From Octopus bimaculoides (Eukaryota), in contig NC_068997.1 of NCBI RefSeq assembly GCF_001194135.2, positions 30,741,360 to 30,787,521 of the forward strand: a stretch of DNA of 46,162 bases. Reading direction: 5' to 3'. Shown in pieces: positions 12,060 to 24,319 of the stretch (position 1 is its first letter; the number at the start of each line of letters is the position of its first letter). A program made the position numbers and the translations under genes. The notes below the pieces were generated by a model, which saw only the letters and a list, made by a program, of their open reading frames with translations, made no database searches and was not told the DNA's origin.

Positions 12060-13300
12060 AGATTTATATTTTGTGTTAGTAAAAACGTCCAACGACCAAA
12101 TTGCAACGGACATCTACCACAAACGAACAGACTCAAAACAGTATCTTATTTTCAGCTCATGCCACCCTAAACACACCAAACTAAATATCCCATTCAATCT
12201 AGCAAAAAGGATCTGTACAATTGTATTTGATACAACTACTTGGGTATATCGCCTACAAAACCTCAAAATAACACTGATTGAACGTCAATACCCACTCGCA
12301 CTTATAGATCATGGAATTAAACGTGCCAAAAAGTTGGACACAAACACACCAAGAACAACAAAACGCAAAACCACATTTCACTTTAAATCACTCCCATACA
12401 TACCAAACCACAACCCCAGAAACAATGAAGCATGCAACACAATTTTACAAAATCTTCCTCTCCTCACTCAAGACCCGAAAATGAACAATATTCTGAATGC
12501 ACATAAACTCCTCAAATGCAAAAGACAACACAAATCACTTAAAAGACTCCTAAAAAATGCAAAACTGTACTCAACACATACGATACCAACAGTTAAAAAT
12601 GCAGACGACCCAATTGTGGTACATGCCCAAACCGAACTGAGGGCACAGAATTGATATTCCAGCAAGGAGAAATATTTTAAATTAAAACCAACTTCACATG
12701 TGCCTCTTAGAACCTGATTTATGTCCTAATCTGCTCAGATGGTGGCCACAATTATGTGGGACAAACGTGCCTTATTTTGAGACGCAGAGTTACGCTGCAT
12801 AATGAACAGATTCGTTTTCCTCAATACAGGCAGATAGCTCTGAGAAAACATATTGATAAATGTGCAAGAAATAAAACACCGAATTTCCATATTTTTCCAT
12901 TATACCAATGCAAAAATTCAATCTCCTTACAAGAACGCCTAAACAAGGAAAACCTGTTTATACAAAAGTACAGACCACACCTTAATATACAAACTTGACC
13001 ACCTGCTACCTATACATTCCTTAAAAATAAATAATAAAAACTCAAAATGTGAACCTGAATTGTAACACGTTCACTCAATATATTGGGCAATATATATAAA
13101 TATTTCTTTGGCTTATTTAATTTATATGACATTATATTAACCAAGGATTTCTCTTTTGTCTATAATAATTCAATATTGACAAAATGAGGAACTACTATTA
13201 TAAATTACACACAAATATACAGATAAACATACCTCTAGTATACATTATGAATTGAAAGGGAGTTTTTGTACATTACAATTTCAATTTCAATTTCCTTTAT
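12060..13300 (+). mobile_element. 5'-truncated Penelope-like element (Neptune-like): RT thumb, Cys linker, GIY-YIG
   Basis: IATDIYHKRTDSKQYL.FSSCHPKHTKLNIPF; after a frameshift KCRRPNCGTC; NLIYVLIC..NYVGQT; RLNKENLFIQKYRPHLN. Confidence 0.85.
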
Positions 13301-13319
13301 CACAATTTTCCAAAATTGC

Positions 13320-13320
13320 A

Positions 13321-13365
<45 letters not shown>

Positions 13366-13375
13366 GTTATTATTA
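13320..13375. repeat. (TAT)n microsatellite
   Basis: Direct reading. Confidence 0.95.
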
Positions 13376-14429
13376 TTTCGCATTTCCTGTACAAATTACC
13401 TCTCATATTACATTCAATAATGCTGAGGAGATAGTTGTCCCCCTCGCCACCTGTTGCTGCCCTTTATCCACTCTCTCCACTCATTTTTACTTATCAGGAA
13501 ATCTAAAAATGGCGTGATTCCTTGTCTCAAGGAATTATCACTTCACAATGTCCCTTGAAAAGCTAATTTAAATAGCGAAAATCAATTGGGTATGACTACA
13601 TTTTATGAGACTTTACCATCCATAAANNNNNNNNNNNNNNNNNNNNNNNNNNNNNNNNNNNNNNNNNNNNNNNNNNNNNNNNNNNNNNNNNNNNNNNNNN
13701 NNNNNNNNNNNNNNNNNNNNNNNNNNNNNNNNNNNNNNNNNNNNNNNNNNNNNNNNNNNNNNNNNNNNNNNNNNNNNNNNNNNNNNNNNNNNNNNNNNNN
13801 NNNNNNNNNNNNNNNNNNNNNNNNNNNNNNNNNNNNNNNNNNNNNNNNNNNNNNNNNNNNNNNNNNNNNNNNNNNNNNNNNNNNNNNNNNNNNNNNNNNN
13901 NNNNNNNNNNNNNNNNNNNNNNNNNNNNNNNNNNNNNNNNNNNNNNNNNNNNNNNNNNNNNNNNNNNNNNNNNNNNNNNNNNNNNNNNNNNNNNNNNNNN
14001 NNNNNNNNNNNNNNNNNNNNNNNNNNNNNNNNNNNNNNNNNNNNNNNNNNNNNNNNNNNNNNNNNNNNNNNNNNNNNNNNNNNNNNNNNNNNNNNNNNNN
14101 NNNNNNNNNNNNNNNNNNNNNNNNNNNNNNNNNNNNNNNNNNNNNNNNNNNNNNNNNNNNNNNNNNNNNNNNNNNNNNNNNNNNNNNNNNNNNNNNNNNN
14201 NNNNNNNNNNNNNNNNNNNNNNNNNNNNNNNNNNNNNNNNNNNNNNNNNNNNNNNNNNNNNNNNNNNNNNNNNNNNNNNNNNNNNNNNNNNNNNNNNNNN
14301 NNNNNNNNNNNNNNNNNNNNNNNNNNNNNNNNNNNNNNNNNNNNNNNNNNNNNNNNNNNNNNNNNNNNNNNNNNNNNNNNNNNNNNNNNNNNNNNNNNNN
14401 NNNNNNNNNNNNNNNNNNNNNNNNNNNNN

Positions 14430-14989
14430 TGTGTACGAACAGCCATGCTACATGGCAGTGAAACATGGGCTGTGACTGCTGAGGACATGTGTAAGCTCGC
14501 AAGGAATGAAGCCAGTATGCTCCGCTGAATGTGTAATGTAAATGTGCATACCCGTCAGAGTGTAAGTATCTTGAGAGAAAAGCTGAACATAAGAAGCGTC
14601 AGTATTGGTGTGCAAGAGAGACGATTGCGCTGGTTTGAACATGTGGTGAGAATGAATGAGGATAGCTGCGTGAAAAAGTGCCACTCCCTAACAGTTGAGG
14701 GACCCCGTGGAAGAGGTAGGCCCAGGAAGACCTGGGCTGGGGTGGTGAGGCAAGATGTTCGAACATTGGGCCTCACAGAGGCGATGACTACTGTCCGAGA
14801 CCTTTGGAAATGTGCTGTGCGTGAGAAGACCCAGCAAGCCAAGTGAGATAGTTGCCAGTGCCCCTGGACTGGCTCTTGTGCGGATGGCACATAAGATGTA
14901 CCATCCTGAACGTGACCATTGCCAGTACCGCCTGACTGGCCTTGTAGAGTTTTCGAGCGAGATTGTTGCCAGTGCCCCTGGACTGGCTC
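14430..14989 (+). mobile_element. RTE-clade LINE 3' fragment (ORF C-terminus and start of 3' UTR)
   Basis: AMLHGSETWAVT; ERRLRWFEHVVRM; RGRGRPRKTW; 3' UTR repeats ccagtgcccctggactgg. Flanked by gaps. Confidence 0.85.
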
Positions 14990-15479
14990 NNNNNNNNNNN
15001 NNNNNNNNNNNNNNNNNNNNNNNNNNNNNNNNNNNNNNNNNNNNNNNNNNNNNNNNNNNNNNNNNNNNNNNNNNNNNNNNNNNNNNNNNNNNNNNNNNNN
15101 NNNNNNNNNNNNNNNNNNNNNNNNNNNNNNNNNNNNNNNNNNNNNNNNNNNNNNNNNNNNNNNNNNNNNNNNNNNNNNNNNNNNNNNNNNNNNNNNNNNN
15201 NNNNNNNNNNNNNNNNNNNNNNNNNNNNNNNNNNNNNNNNNNNNNNNNNNNNNNNNNNNNNNNNNNNNNNNNNNNNNNNNNNNNNNNNNNNNNNNNNNNN
15301 NNNNNNNNNNNNNNNNNNNNNNNNNNNNNNNNNNNNNNNNNNNNNNNNNNNNNNNNNNNNNNNNNNNNNTAACGTTGACCACTAACGTGGACAATTAATG
15401 TGCTAGAAATAGATCACATCTTGTGTCTATTAAGACCTAAATTGCTCTCAACATGAAATATAGCAGCATACCAAAACGT

Positions 15480-17300
15480 AAGCGGGCAAGACATTTAAAA
15501 TCACCTAAAAAAACATTATTAAACAGGTACCGGTTTCGGATTTAACAAATCTTGCCGATTGTCCATTCCCTTTCAGCCTGATTTGTAATGTAACCGCAAT
15601 CATCAGAATCGTATACAAAGTTGCCCACCGCCATGGGTGCGCGTGTATATGGTTCTGCTAATTACAGCTTGAATATATACGACGCAGTAAATATTTTCTG
15701 CAGATATATTCCTGGAATTATCGCGCCAAAACAAAGACTTTTGAATTTCACCATTAAGCTGTAACTATGTGTGTGTGAAATGTTTGCCTATCAATCTAAG
15801 GAAAATCTTTCACATACAAGTCTTGACATTGAGTGAGAAGGGTGGAGTAAAGCAAATGACATTTCTGCGGGGCTTTCTTTTCTGAGTGCTAGGACCAGGC
15901 ACCCACTTGATGCCAGTGCCTTATCGTAGAAGGAGGCAATGATGTCGAAGGTAGCTTGGCTCGAGAATAGATTTGAGATCCTCTGCTTACACCTTTCACT
16001 AGGTTCTTGAAAACAATAGGAGGCGGCAGAAGTCTGCTAATATAAGACAGTCTCTTGTTTAGCTTGTGCTAGGACCTGTATGTACCAGAGCCCAGATCTA
16101 AAGTAACATCAAAAAAATCTTCTATGGTGAGATTAGTCTCAACGGTGATCTTGAGACCTATTCAGTCTTAAGGTGCTAATTAGGTCTTTTCTAAGTCTAA
16201 TGCGTGGCCGTTGGCTCCTTTAGAGATGGCTAGGACATCTCTGTAGAGACGAAAGAGGATCGAAGGAAACCTCTTCTCTAAGATGTCCAGGACGTACAAT
16301 CCGATAAGATCACGGACATTGACGCTGTCATATGCTCCCATACCTACAACAAAGGAACCCTCGGGGTCAGATTGCTTGACCCATGTAGAATATTTGCTGA
16401 ACAGTACCACCCTCTTGGCATGCATGATAACTCTAACATCATTATTACTAATATCTGTGAAGCCCTTGGTAAAGGAAAGTGCCTTCAACAATAACTCTTT
16501 AGAAATAGATGGATAAAAGTTGACAATGTCGAACTGTGTAAATCTAGCCCTGTCTCTGTCGCAGTTGGCAATAAACCATGAGGTTACCTCATTGGTGCTG
16601 CACCATAGAGGGAGGCTCGTGTATCTTCTTATGTCATCATTAATCTTCCTCAGTATATACTTGCTTGCCTGGCCAATCTCAGACTTGGCCGAATTTATCA
16701 GGTGACATTTGGGGTTGGAGGCAAAATTTGGCTTGTGATTTTTCAGTTATAAAAGCATTTCTCTTGGATAAGATCTCTACTCTGTCTGCTATACCTAGGT
16801 TAACTGCTATTTGTTTAGCCTCACAGTTAATGTTGTTGTAAGTGTGTGAGGAAGCGCGTCTCTATTTTTTGTAGGATTGAATCATTTAAAAGTCTAACGT
16901 AAGCGTATGATTCTATCATGTATAAGCTCTTAGTCTAATCCGAGAATATTAAGGACCCATTAGAGTTTCTTATATTTTGTATATCTTCACAGAGTTTGCT
17001 CTGAAAGGGGTAAAGGCCTTACGGAATTTCGGCCTGGGGGCATTATTCCCAGTAGGCCTTCTCGAAGGAATCGAGTTCCTTGATTCTAGGTGGGAACTTC
17101 CTAGACTTGATATTGTATTTAATAGCCTCGGACGGTGGCGTGCTTTCATCATAGTTAAAATACCCTTCCGTTTCATATGCCTTATCAAGTCTATCATTTT
17201 CTCCAGTAATATTTTCGTGTAGACCTAATTAGACGGTATAGGGATATTTTTTGTAGAATACTCTAAATTGAAACATTCCATGTTATCCTTGAGGTAGCAA
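15480..17300 (-). mobile_element. Second Naiad-like Penelope element (RT pseudogene, ATG at 17281; endonuclease apparently deleted)
   Basis: MECFNLEYSTKNIPIPS; PKCHLINSAKSEIGQASK; FTQFDIVNFYPSIS; MGAYDSVNVRDLIGLYVL; RLYRD; PPFSLNVKT..FLRLIGKHF. Confidence 0.85.
15523..15580 (-). ncRNA. Hammerhead-like motif downstream of the second PLE RT (core CUGAAAG)
   Basis: Minus strand reads cagg-CUGAAAG-gga..ucc-GAAAC-CG-GUA-ccug. Confidence 0.45.
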
Positions 17301-18778
17301 ATGGTAATATGTAGAAGCACAGAGATCGGTACAGTAATCAAACATAGACGATGTAGTGGACTTCATAAGACACTCTGTAACCAGGTCGCGGATAGACAGT
17401 TGAAAAAATAAACATATATCTATGGGTTTATTGATGCAAACAGAAGAAACAGAACTCAAAATATGAGTATATGTATACTTTTATTAATATGTAGCAGGAG
17501 TAACACAGTGACTCAAGGATCGAGAGCTCCTGCCAACGCACAAAATGTCGGAACTAGAGTCACTCTGTTGCTTCTACTAAATTTTAACGAATATGTGTAC
17601 AGGTAGATATACAGACATACACGCGCACATGCATACACATACACACACACACGCATTCACATGCACCACTCCACCCGGATTACCACTGGATATTCCTACT
17701 CTTTTGGACTCTCTGCTCATGGATCTCAATTGTATATTTCCGTTGGTATATATATATATATNNNNNNNNNNNNNNNNNNNNNNNNNNNNNNNNNNNNNNN
17801 NNNNNNNNNNNNNNNNNNNNNNNNNNNNNNNNNNNNNNNNNNNNNNNNNNNNNNNNNNNNNNNNNNNNNNNNNNNNNNNNNNNNNNNNNNNNNNNNNNNN
17901 NNNNNNNNNNNNNNNNNNNNNNNNNNNNNNNNNNNNNNNNNNNNNNNNNNNNNNNNNNNNNNNNNNNNNNNNNNNNNNNNNNNNNNNNNNNNNNNNNNNN
18001 NNNNNNNNNNNNNNNNNNNNNNNNNNNNNNNNNNNNNNNNNNNNNNNNNNNNNNNNNNNNNNNNNNNNNNNNNNNNNNNNNNNNNNNNNNNNNNNNNNNN
18101 NNNNNNNNNNNNNNNNNNNNNNNNNNNNNNNNNNNNNNNNNNNNNNNNNNNNNNNNNNNNNNNNNNNNNNNNNNNNNNNNNNNNNNNNNNNNNNNNNNNN
18201 NNNNNNNNNNNNNNNNNNNNNNNNNNNNNNNNNNNNNNNNNNNNNNNNNNNNNNNNNNNNNNNNNNNNNNNNNNNNNNNNNNNNNNNNNNNNNNNNNNNN
18301 NNNNNNNNNNNNNNNNNNNNNNNNNNNNNNNNNNNNNNNNNNNNNNNNNNNNNNNNNNNNNNNNNNNNNNNNNNNNNNNNNNNNNNNNNNNNNNNNNNNN
18401 NNNNNNNNNNNNNNNNNNNNNNNNNNNTATATATATATATATGCATATATTTACTAATGGTTCACAACATAAATAATAATATATATATATATATATGCAT
18501 ATATTTACTAATGGTTCACAACATAAATAATAATATATATATATATTATCTTACTTGCCAGTGAGTCCCGTCTGGAGGCATGGTAGTCAGTACTCTATAA
18601 ATTCTTCTCCACTTCAATAAAAGCTGCAAATATTTTGATTTATTCTTTGCTGTAACATAGATTTCACAAAAAAAGATTCAGTTGATAATAACATGTCCTT
18701 TTACTAAATCAAAATATTTAATATCATCAATATGGCTAATAAGATATGATATTCCTTTAGACTTACTCCTTTGGACTA

Positions 18779-18990
18779 AGGCGGTGATCTGGCAGAATCG
18801 TTAGCACGCCGGACGAAATGTTTAGTGTCATTTCGTCTATCTTTACGTTCTGAGTTCAAATTCCACCCAAGTTGACTTTGCTTTTGGAGTCGATGAATTA
18901 AGTACCAGTTGTGTACTGGGGATGATCTAATCAATTGACACCCTCCCCAAAAATTTCGGGCCTTGTGCCTAGAGTAGAAAAGACTATTCC
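18779..18990 (+). mobile_element. tRNA-derived SINE
   Basis: A-box-like TGGCAGAATCGTTAG and B-box GAGTTCAAATTCC (18852-18864); same family as 6385 and 19030. Confidence 0.8.
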
Positions 18991-19029
18991 TATAGACCAT
19001 CCTTTTATTGTTCATATTATTTCACAAAA

Positions 19030-19175
19030 CAGTGAGCTGCCAGAACCGTTAGTGTGCTGAGTGAAATGCTTAGCAGTATTTCTGCTAGATTTGTATTCTG
19101 AGTTCATATTCCACTGAGATTGACTTTGCCTGTCATCCTTTTCGGGTTGATGAAATAAGTACCAGTTGACCATAA
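19030..19175 (+). mobile_element. Older degenerate copy of the same SINE
   Basis: gagctgccagaaccgttag..ctgagttcatattcc..gactttgcc..aagtaccagttg. Confidence 0.65.
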
Positions 19176-20699
19176 GGAATATGTAAAAAACATCTATGGG
19201 GTTATTGAATCTACTAGATATAAATATGGAATTACCATCTTATATCACTCGACTCTCTTAGAAATGGAAGAGTAAATCAGATAGCATCATCCTAGATGAA
19301 ATTATAGATGTCTTGATAAGGAAAAAAAAATTTATAATTAACAGATCTTGATCCTTAAATAATGGCAGTTACTTTAGTTGTGGTAATAGTGAATAAATTT
19401 GAAGCTTAATACTTAAAGTAATTATGTATAGCATGACAAACTTAATTCCAGATATTCCTGTTCTCAGTATTTATGAAAGAAAGGGAAAAAATAGAGCAAA
19501 TGTCTTTCAATTCTCTATTTCTCTCAGTCCCCACAATCGGTAAATTTTTTATTATTTAGAGTTGATGCAAAAAAGTAATAATGTCCATAGGAGAATTTAA
19601 TCTTTACACTCATCGTTGTAAGTGATTGATATTACTAAAAGACGTAGACGTGTCTTGAATGTTAACATTAAATCTTGGTTGTGTTATAAATAACATAAGA
19701 TAACGGTATTAATGTTTGGAATATAAGTAAAGGAGAGTGAAAAAAGCCTCACAATATTAAAGAGGAAAATTTGTTTTATATATTGACTCTAATAAATTCA
19801 GTTGTAAAATAAAAATGTTTTTATGAAATGATATTAGGAACCAATTTGAAATTTATAGTATTGAAAATGTATAGTGTCTAATATGAATATATGTTGAAAA
19901 TCCTTGCAGTTAATGTATGAGGTATCAATGTTTCAAGTCAGTCATTGATCCAAAGTAAATTCTGGTCGAGTTTAAGTGTAACGTAGTAACTATACACTTA
20001 TACACCATGTGATAACACAGACAGCATCCCTCAAGGGACAATTACTTGTTATTCTGAAGTTGCATCTTTTGCTATTTCAAGTGCTCTATTTATCTCATCA
20101 AGATAGTGAAGACTGCCCTATTACCAATGATATTATACTGGAGAACATTTTTGCTCTCTGATGATGGAGATACATTATCCAGTAATTTTGGAGTGCTGAT
20201 TTTAATTGTGCTTATATAGAGAGTAAGCTGTGGGGAAAATGAAAACTTGATGTGATAGAAGAAATCTGACTGTAGTTTTGAAATCAACATTCCAATTTTA
20301 GTCTAAATCAAATGCAAAAGCGAACTTAGCAAAAATTATGTTCAAAGCATTTTCTCTGTGTTATTGATCATATAGTTATGACTGTTATCGTTCTTAACAT
20401 TACTATAGACAATATGTTAAGGATAAACATTACAGCTATAACTATGCTCAATATTACAAATCATAACCTTTGCTATGCAAGCCCCTATTTTTTTAACATT
20501 AATTTTATCATAATTATTAGCGTTGTTCATGATATTGTCCCCACTGTCATGAGTGAATGTAGAAATATCCTTATTACTAGAGGGGCGTGTTGACTGTGTT
20601 TGTTAATGCGGGACAGATAAATTATATGACTATAGAAGCTATAGTTGCTGTTGGCAACATAGTTACAATTATACTTATAAGATGATAATGATGATGATC

Positions 20700-22373
20700 A
20701 TCATCACCATCATCATCATCATCATTTAATGTCTGTTTTTCATGCTGGCATGGGTTGGAGTGTTTGACAGCAGCTGGCCAGCTGAAAAGTTGCATCAAAC
20801 TCCATGTCTGTTTGACATGGTTTCTATGACTGGATACCCTTCCTAATGGCAACCACTTTACAGAATGTACTGAGTGCTTTTATGAAGCACCGGCATGGCT
20901 GAAATTATATGGCATCAGCATTGGTGGTTTTTACGTGGCACCAGCATTTACAAGCCTGCAAGATTAGGAATGCTCAGCTGGAGAGTGACGCAAGGGACAA
21001 GCTCATATGCAAGGACAACCACGCTTTTACTTAGCTTCACATGTCTTTCCAAGCACAGTAACTTGCCAGGTGTCTTGGTCCCTAGTCATTTCTTCTCTGA
21101 GTCCAGCATCTGTAGATCCTTTCTCTCCACTTTCTCCCACATCTTCCTGGGTTTACCTCCTTCCACATGCTCCCTCAATAATTAGAGAGTAAAACCTCTT
21201 GATGCAACTCTCTTCATTCATACATATTACTTGGTTACTGCACCTCTTATATACCACTGCACCCCTTATGTGTTCATAGCTTGCACTGAGTAAATCTTAT
21301 GGAGTTTCTCCTGATAACTTTTCTGCCTTATGAGCAGGACCATCTCTCTGAACGGTTCTGGAATTTGTCTGTTTTCATAATTACCAATACTTTGGTCTTG
21401 ACTAAATTAACGCTAAAACCCTTTGATTCAAGTCTACTTCTATACCTGAAATTTCTTCTTTATTTCTGGTAGTGATTCAGCAATAAGTAAAAGGTCATCA
21501 ACATAGAGAAATTCCCAAAGGGAAGCCAATCTTCAATTCCTCAGTTATAGTTTGGAGAACCATGATAAATAAGAGGTGGGTAAAAATTGAATCCTGGTGA
21601 ACTCCTACTTGTACACTAAACTCCTTGTTATTCACATTAGCAACCCTCACTTCACTAACAGCATCTCTGTACATGGCTTGTACGGATCTCACTAACCATT
21701 CATCTATCTCTAGCTTCCACATTGCCCACCATCTAAGGGAGCAAGGGACCCTGTCAAAGACCGTCAACAAAAGCCATATACAGTGATTTATTTTTGGTCA
21801 AGTATTTCTCCTGCAGTATCCTCACCAGGAAGATTGCATCGGTGGTACTTCTCCCTGGCACAAATCCAAACTGTATCTCATCTATCCTAATTCTCTTCCA
21901 AATAATTGAGTTATGACCCTTTCTGTAACTCTCATCACCTGGTCCAGCAATTTGATGCCTCTCTAATTATTTCTGTTTAAGACATCCCTTTTGCCTTTGT
22001 TGCAGTTGACTATAATGCTGATACACCAGTCATTGAGTATGACACCCTCATTGATAACTTGATTAACTATATGGGTGGCCAAGTCATATCCCACTCCATA
22101 AGATATTTTAAGCATCTCAGCAGTGATTCCTGATGGGCCAGAGGCATACCCTGTCTTCATATACTTTATTGCTTTTCCTGCTCAGCTACTATCAGTTGGG
22201 ATAACCAGCCCCTCTGTTGGCTTCACATTAGATAGGCTCTCCTTTCCCCATGCACCATTCATAGTGGCACTTCCAACCCTCTTTCTTTACAGAATTGTTA
22301 ACTGCATTGAACCATCATCCATGGGAACACATTTCCCTCCTAGAACATCAGGGTTTCCTTTGATGCATTCATA

Positions 22374-22375
<2 letters not shown>
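20700..22375 (-). mobile_element. RTE-clade LINE remnant with internal deletions and (GAT)n tail
   Basis: GPSGITAEMLK; FDRVP..WAM.KL.IDEWLVR.VQAMY; VGVHQ; 3' end seen as (CAT)n at 20700-20725. Confidence 0.9.
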
Positions 22376-22441
<66 letters not shown>

Positions 22442-22445
22442 TCTA
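22376..22445. repeat. (CTGT)n/(CTAT)n tetranucleotide microsatellite
   Basis: Direct reading. Confidence 0.95.
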
Positions 22446-23094
22446 TGCATGTATTATTATTATTGTGGATAACTATATTGCTATTATTGTGATTAATGTT
22501 CTGATTTTTATTGTTACAATTGTTATTATTATTATTATAGCCATGGTCAGTATTACCAAAATTAGGATCAATATTGCTATTATTATTGTTAAATTTTTTA
22601 TTCATATTTTCAATTAAATTTCTGTGTTTGCTTTTTTTTTTTTGTTTGTAGCTCTGATGATTTTTGTAGTGGTCCATATTGCTTATACAATTGTTACTGT
22701 TATTGTGGTTAAAAGAATGGTGACTGATGTCAGTCTTCCCACAAATATTTAATTTGTGTTATTAAAGTAGAAGAGTCTTTTTTATCAGATTTCAGACAGA
22801 AGGTAATAATTATGTTCTTAGGGAAAATCGATTTAATATATTTACCATTAAAAACCAAAACTATTTCATGAAGATATACAGGTTATTCAAGCTAAATTTG
22901 GCAATCTTTTCCATCTCATGTTTTCTTCAGCAACAGCTTCATGTATGGTGGACAATCAATGGCACTGGATAGCATAAAGTCTAAAGTTCTTGTTAGGAAA
23001 AGTTAGCTAACATGATGGGCTGGAAGCCATCTGAATACTGGAAAAGTGTTAGTTATGCTGTGATTATTTGTATTGAGTATCAAAACACTGGCGT

Positions 23095-24095
23095 CATGAA
23101 TTCTGTTCAGTGCTCTGAGAGCACTGGAAAGACTGTAAGAACATGACATAGACAACTGAAATGCATACTACGAAGCTATGGCCCGCAGGGAGTGACACAG
23201 CAGTCATTCTGACTGTCCTTGCATTCCATAATTCATCCAACAACTTTAGGATAAGGAGGTGAGAGATGGAAGATCTGAGCAAAGGAACCTGGGCTTTGAT
23301 GAGAGAGATGAGTATCCGAGTTGTCACAATGAAAGAAGTGCAATGAATAAATTCTGACAGCCAATGCCAAGAAACACAGCATGACGGAGGCAAAGAAGCT
23401 GCTGAACATGATGAGGCATCCTGTGGAGCCAGAAATGATCTAGGTTTCTCAGAGGAAAAGAACTCATGCCAAGACCCATTACACAACACTCAGAACAACA
23501 GGTGACTAGCCTAAAATTCATGTGAAGTCGCACACATAATGAAAACCAAGTTTTCCCAAACTGTGATGGTTTTAGGGTGTGTCTCCAGTGAGTGTGTCAT
23601 CATGATGTCCCACATCATTGAATTGGGTTTTAGACTCAGTTCAGACTATGATCAAAATCTGGTTTGAGAGGGTTGCCATATGTGTGTCAGTAGGGTTCAG
23701 GCCCTTGAATACCTTGGGAAAGAGTCAAACGCGGTTGCTGGAGTATTTCTATGACTTCACATGACACAATTTCTAATTATCCAATTCCCCTGATTGTAAT
23801 CCTATGGATTACTGTGTGTGGTATACAGTTGAGATACCAATCTCTCTCCTTGCAGCACAAAGGCTGAGCTAGTGGCCGAGATCAAGGAGGTATTCATAGA
23901 ACTTCCCAGGGAAACAGTGAAGAATGCATATACCAGGTCTCAGAGCCATCTAGAAGCTGAGGACAGCTACTTTAAGTGAGCTTTGAGTTATCTCCAAGCA
24001 AATATTTTTTGAATTTTGTTAAAATACTTTTTTGGCTGGGATATTGTTTTTACCTTTTATGCAAAATGTCAAATTTAGCCTAAATAACTTGTGGA
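23095..24095 (+). mobile_element. Tc1/mariner-superfamily (maT-like) transposase remnant
   Basis: KTKFSQTVMV.GCVSSE; PNSPDCNPMDYCVW; CSTKAELVAEIKEVF.ELPRETVKNA. Confidence 0.75.
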
Positions 24096-24319
24096 TGGTC
24101 CTCTTGATTGAATATTGACACAATAAATTGGTCTTTACAATAACTAGCATTAGACAGGATTACAGTTTTAATGTTTGAAATGTGATTAAAGATGACTGAT
24201 TTTATTGAATGATATTAGAATCAATTTGAAGCAGAAAAGTGCTATATTTATTCACTTTAAAATGGTTCTTCTTGTATCTAAATTGACTACATGTTGAAAA
24301 TCTTAACAGTAAATTAATT

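Noticed and set aside
13555-13590. Hammerhead-like UUGAAAA-gcua..uagc-GAAA (would be a U3-A8 variant)
   Set aside because: Stem III and the NUH triplet cannot be formed.
2555-17281. Selenocysteine recoding, reported for some Naiad elements
   Set aside because: No in-frame TGA at conserved Cys positions is visible in either copy; the stops look like ordinary decay.
18428-18545. Exact 54-bp tandem duplication (gcatatatttactaatggttcacaacataaataataa plus TA run)
   Set aside because: It is identical and adjacent to a gap and TA runs; probably an assembly echo or trivial slippage.
19528-19539. Plus-strand 12-nt microexon-like signal (tctctcag|TCCCCACAATCG|gtaaat)
   Set aside because: The other exon evidence is on the minus strand, and this site lies in the repeated block whose paralogous position (31043) lacks the acceptor. 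Not supportable without RNA data.
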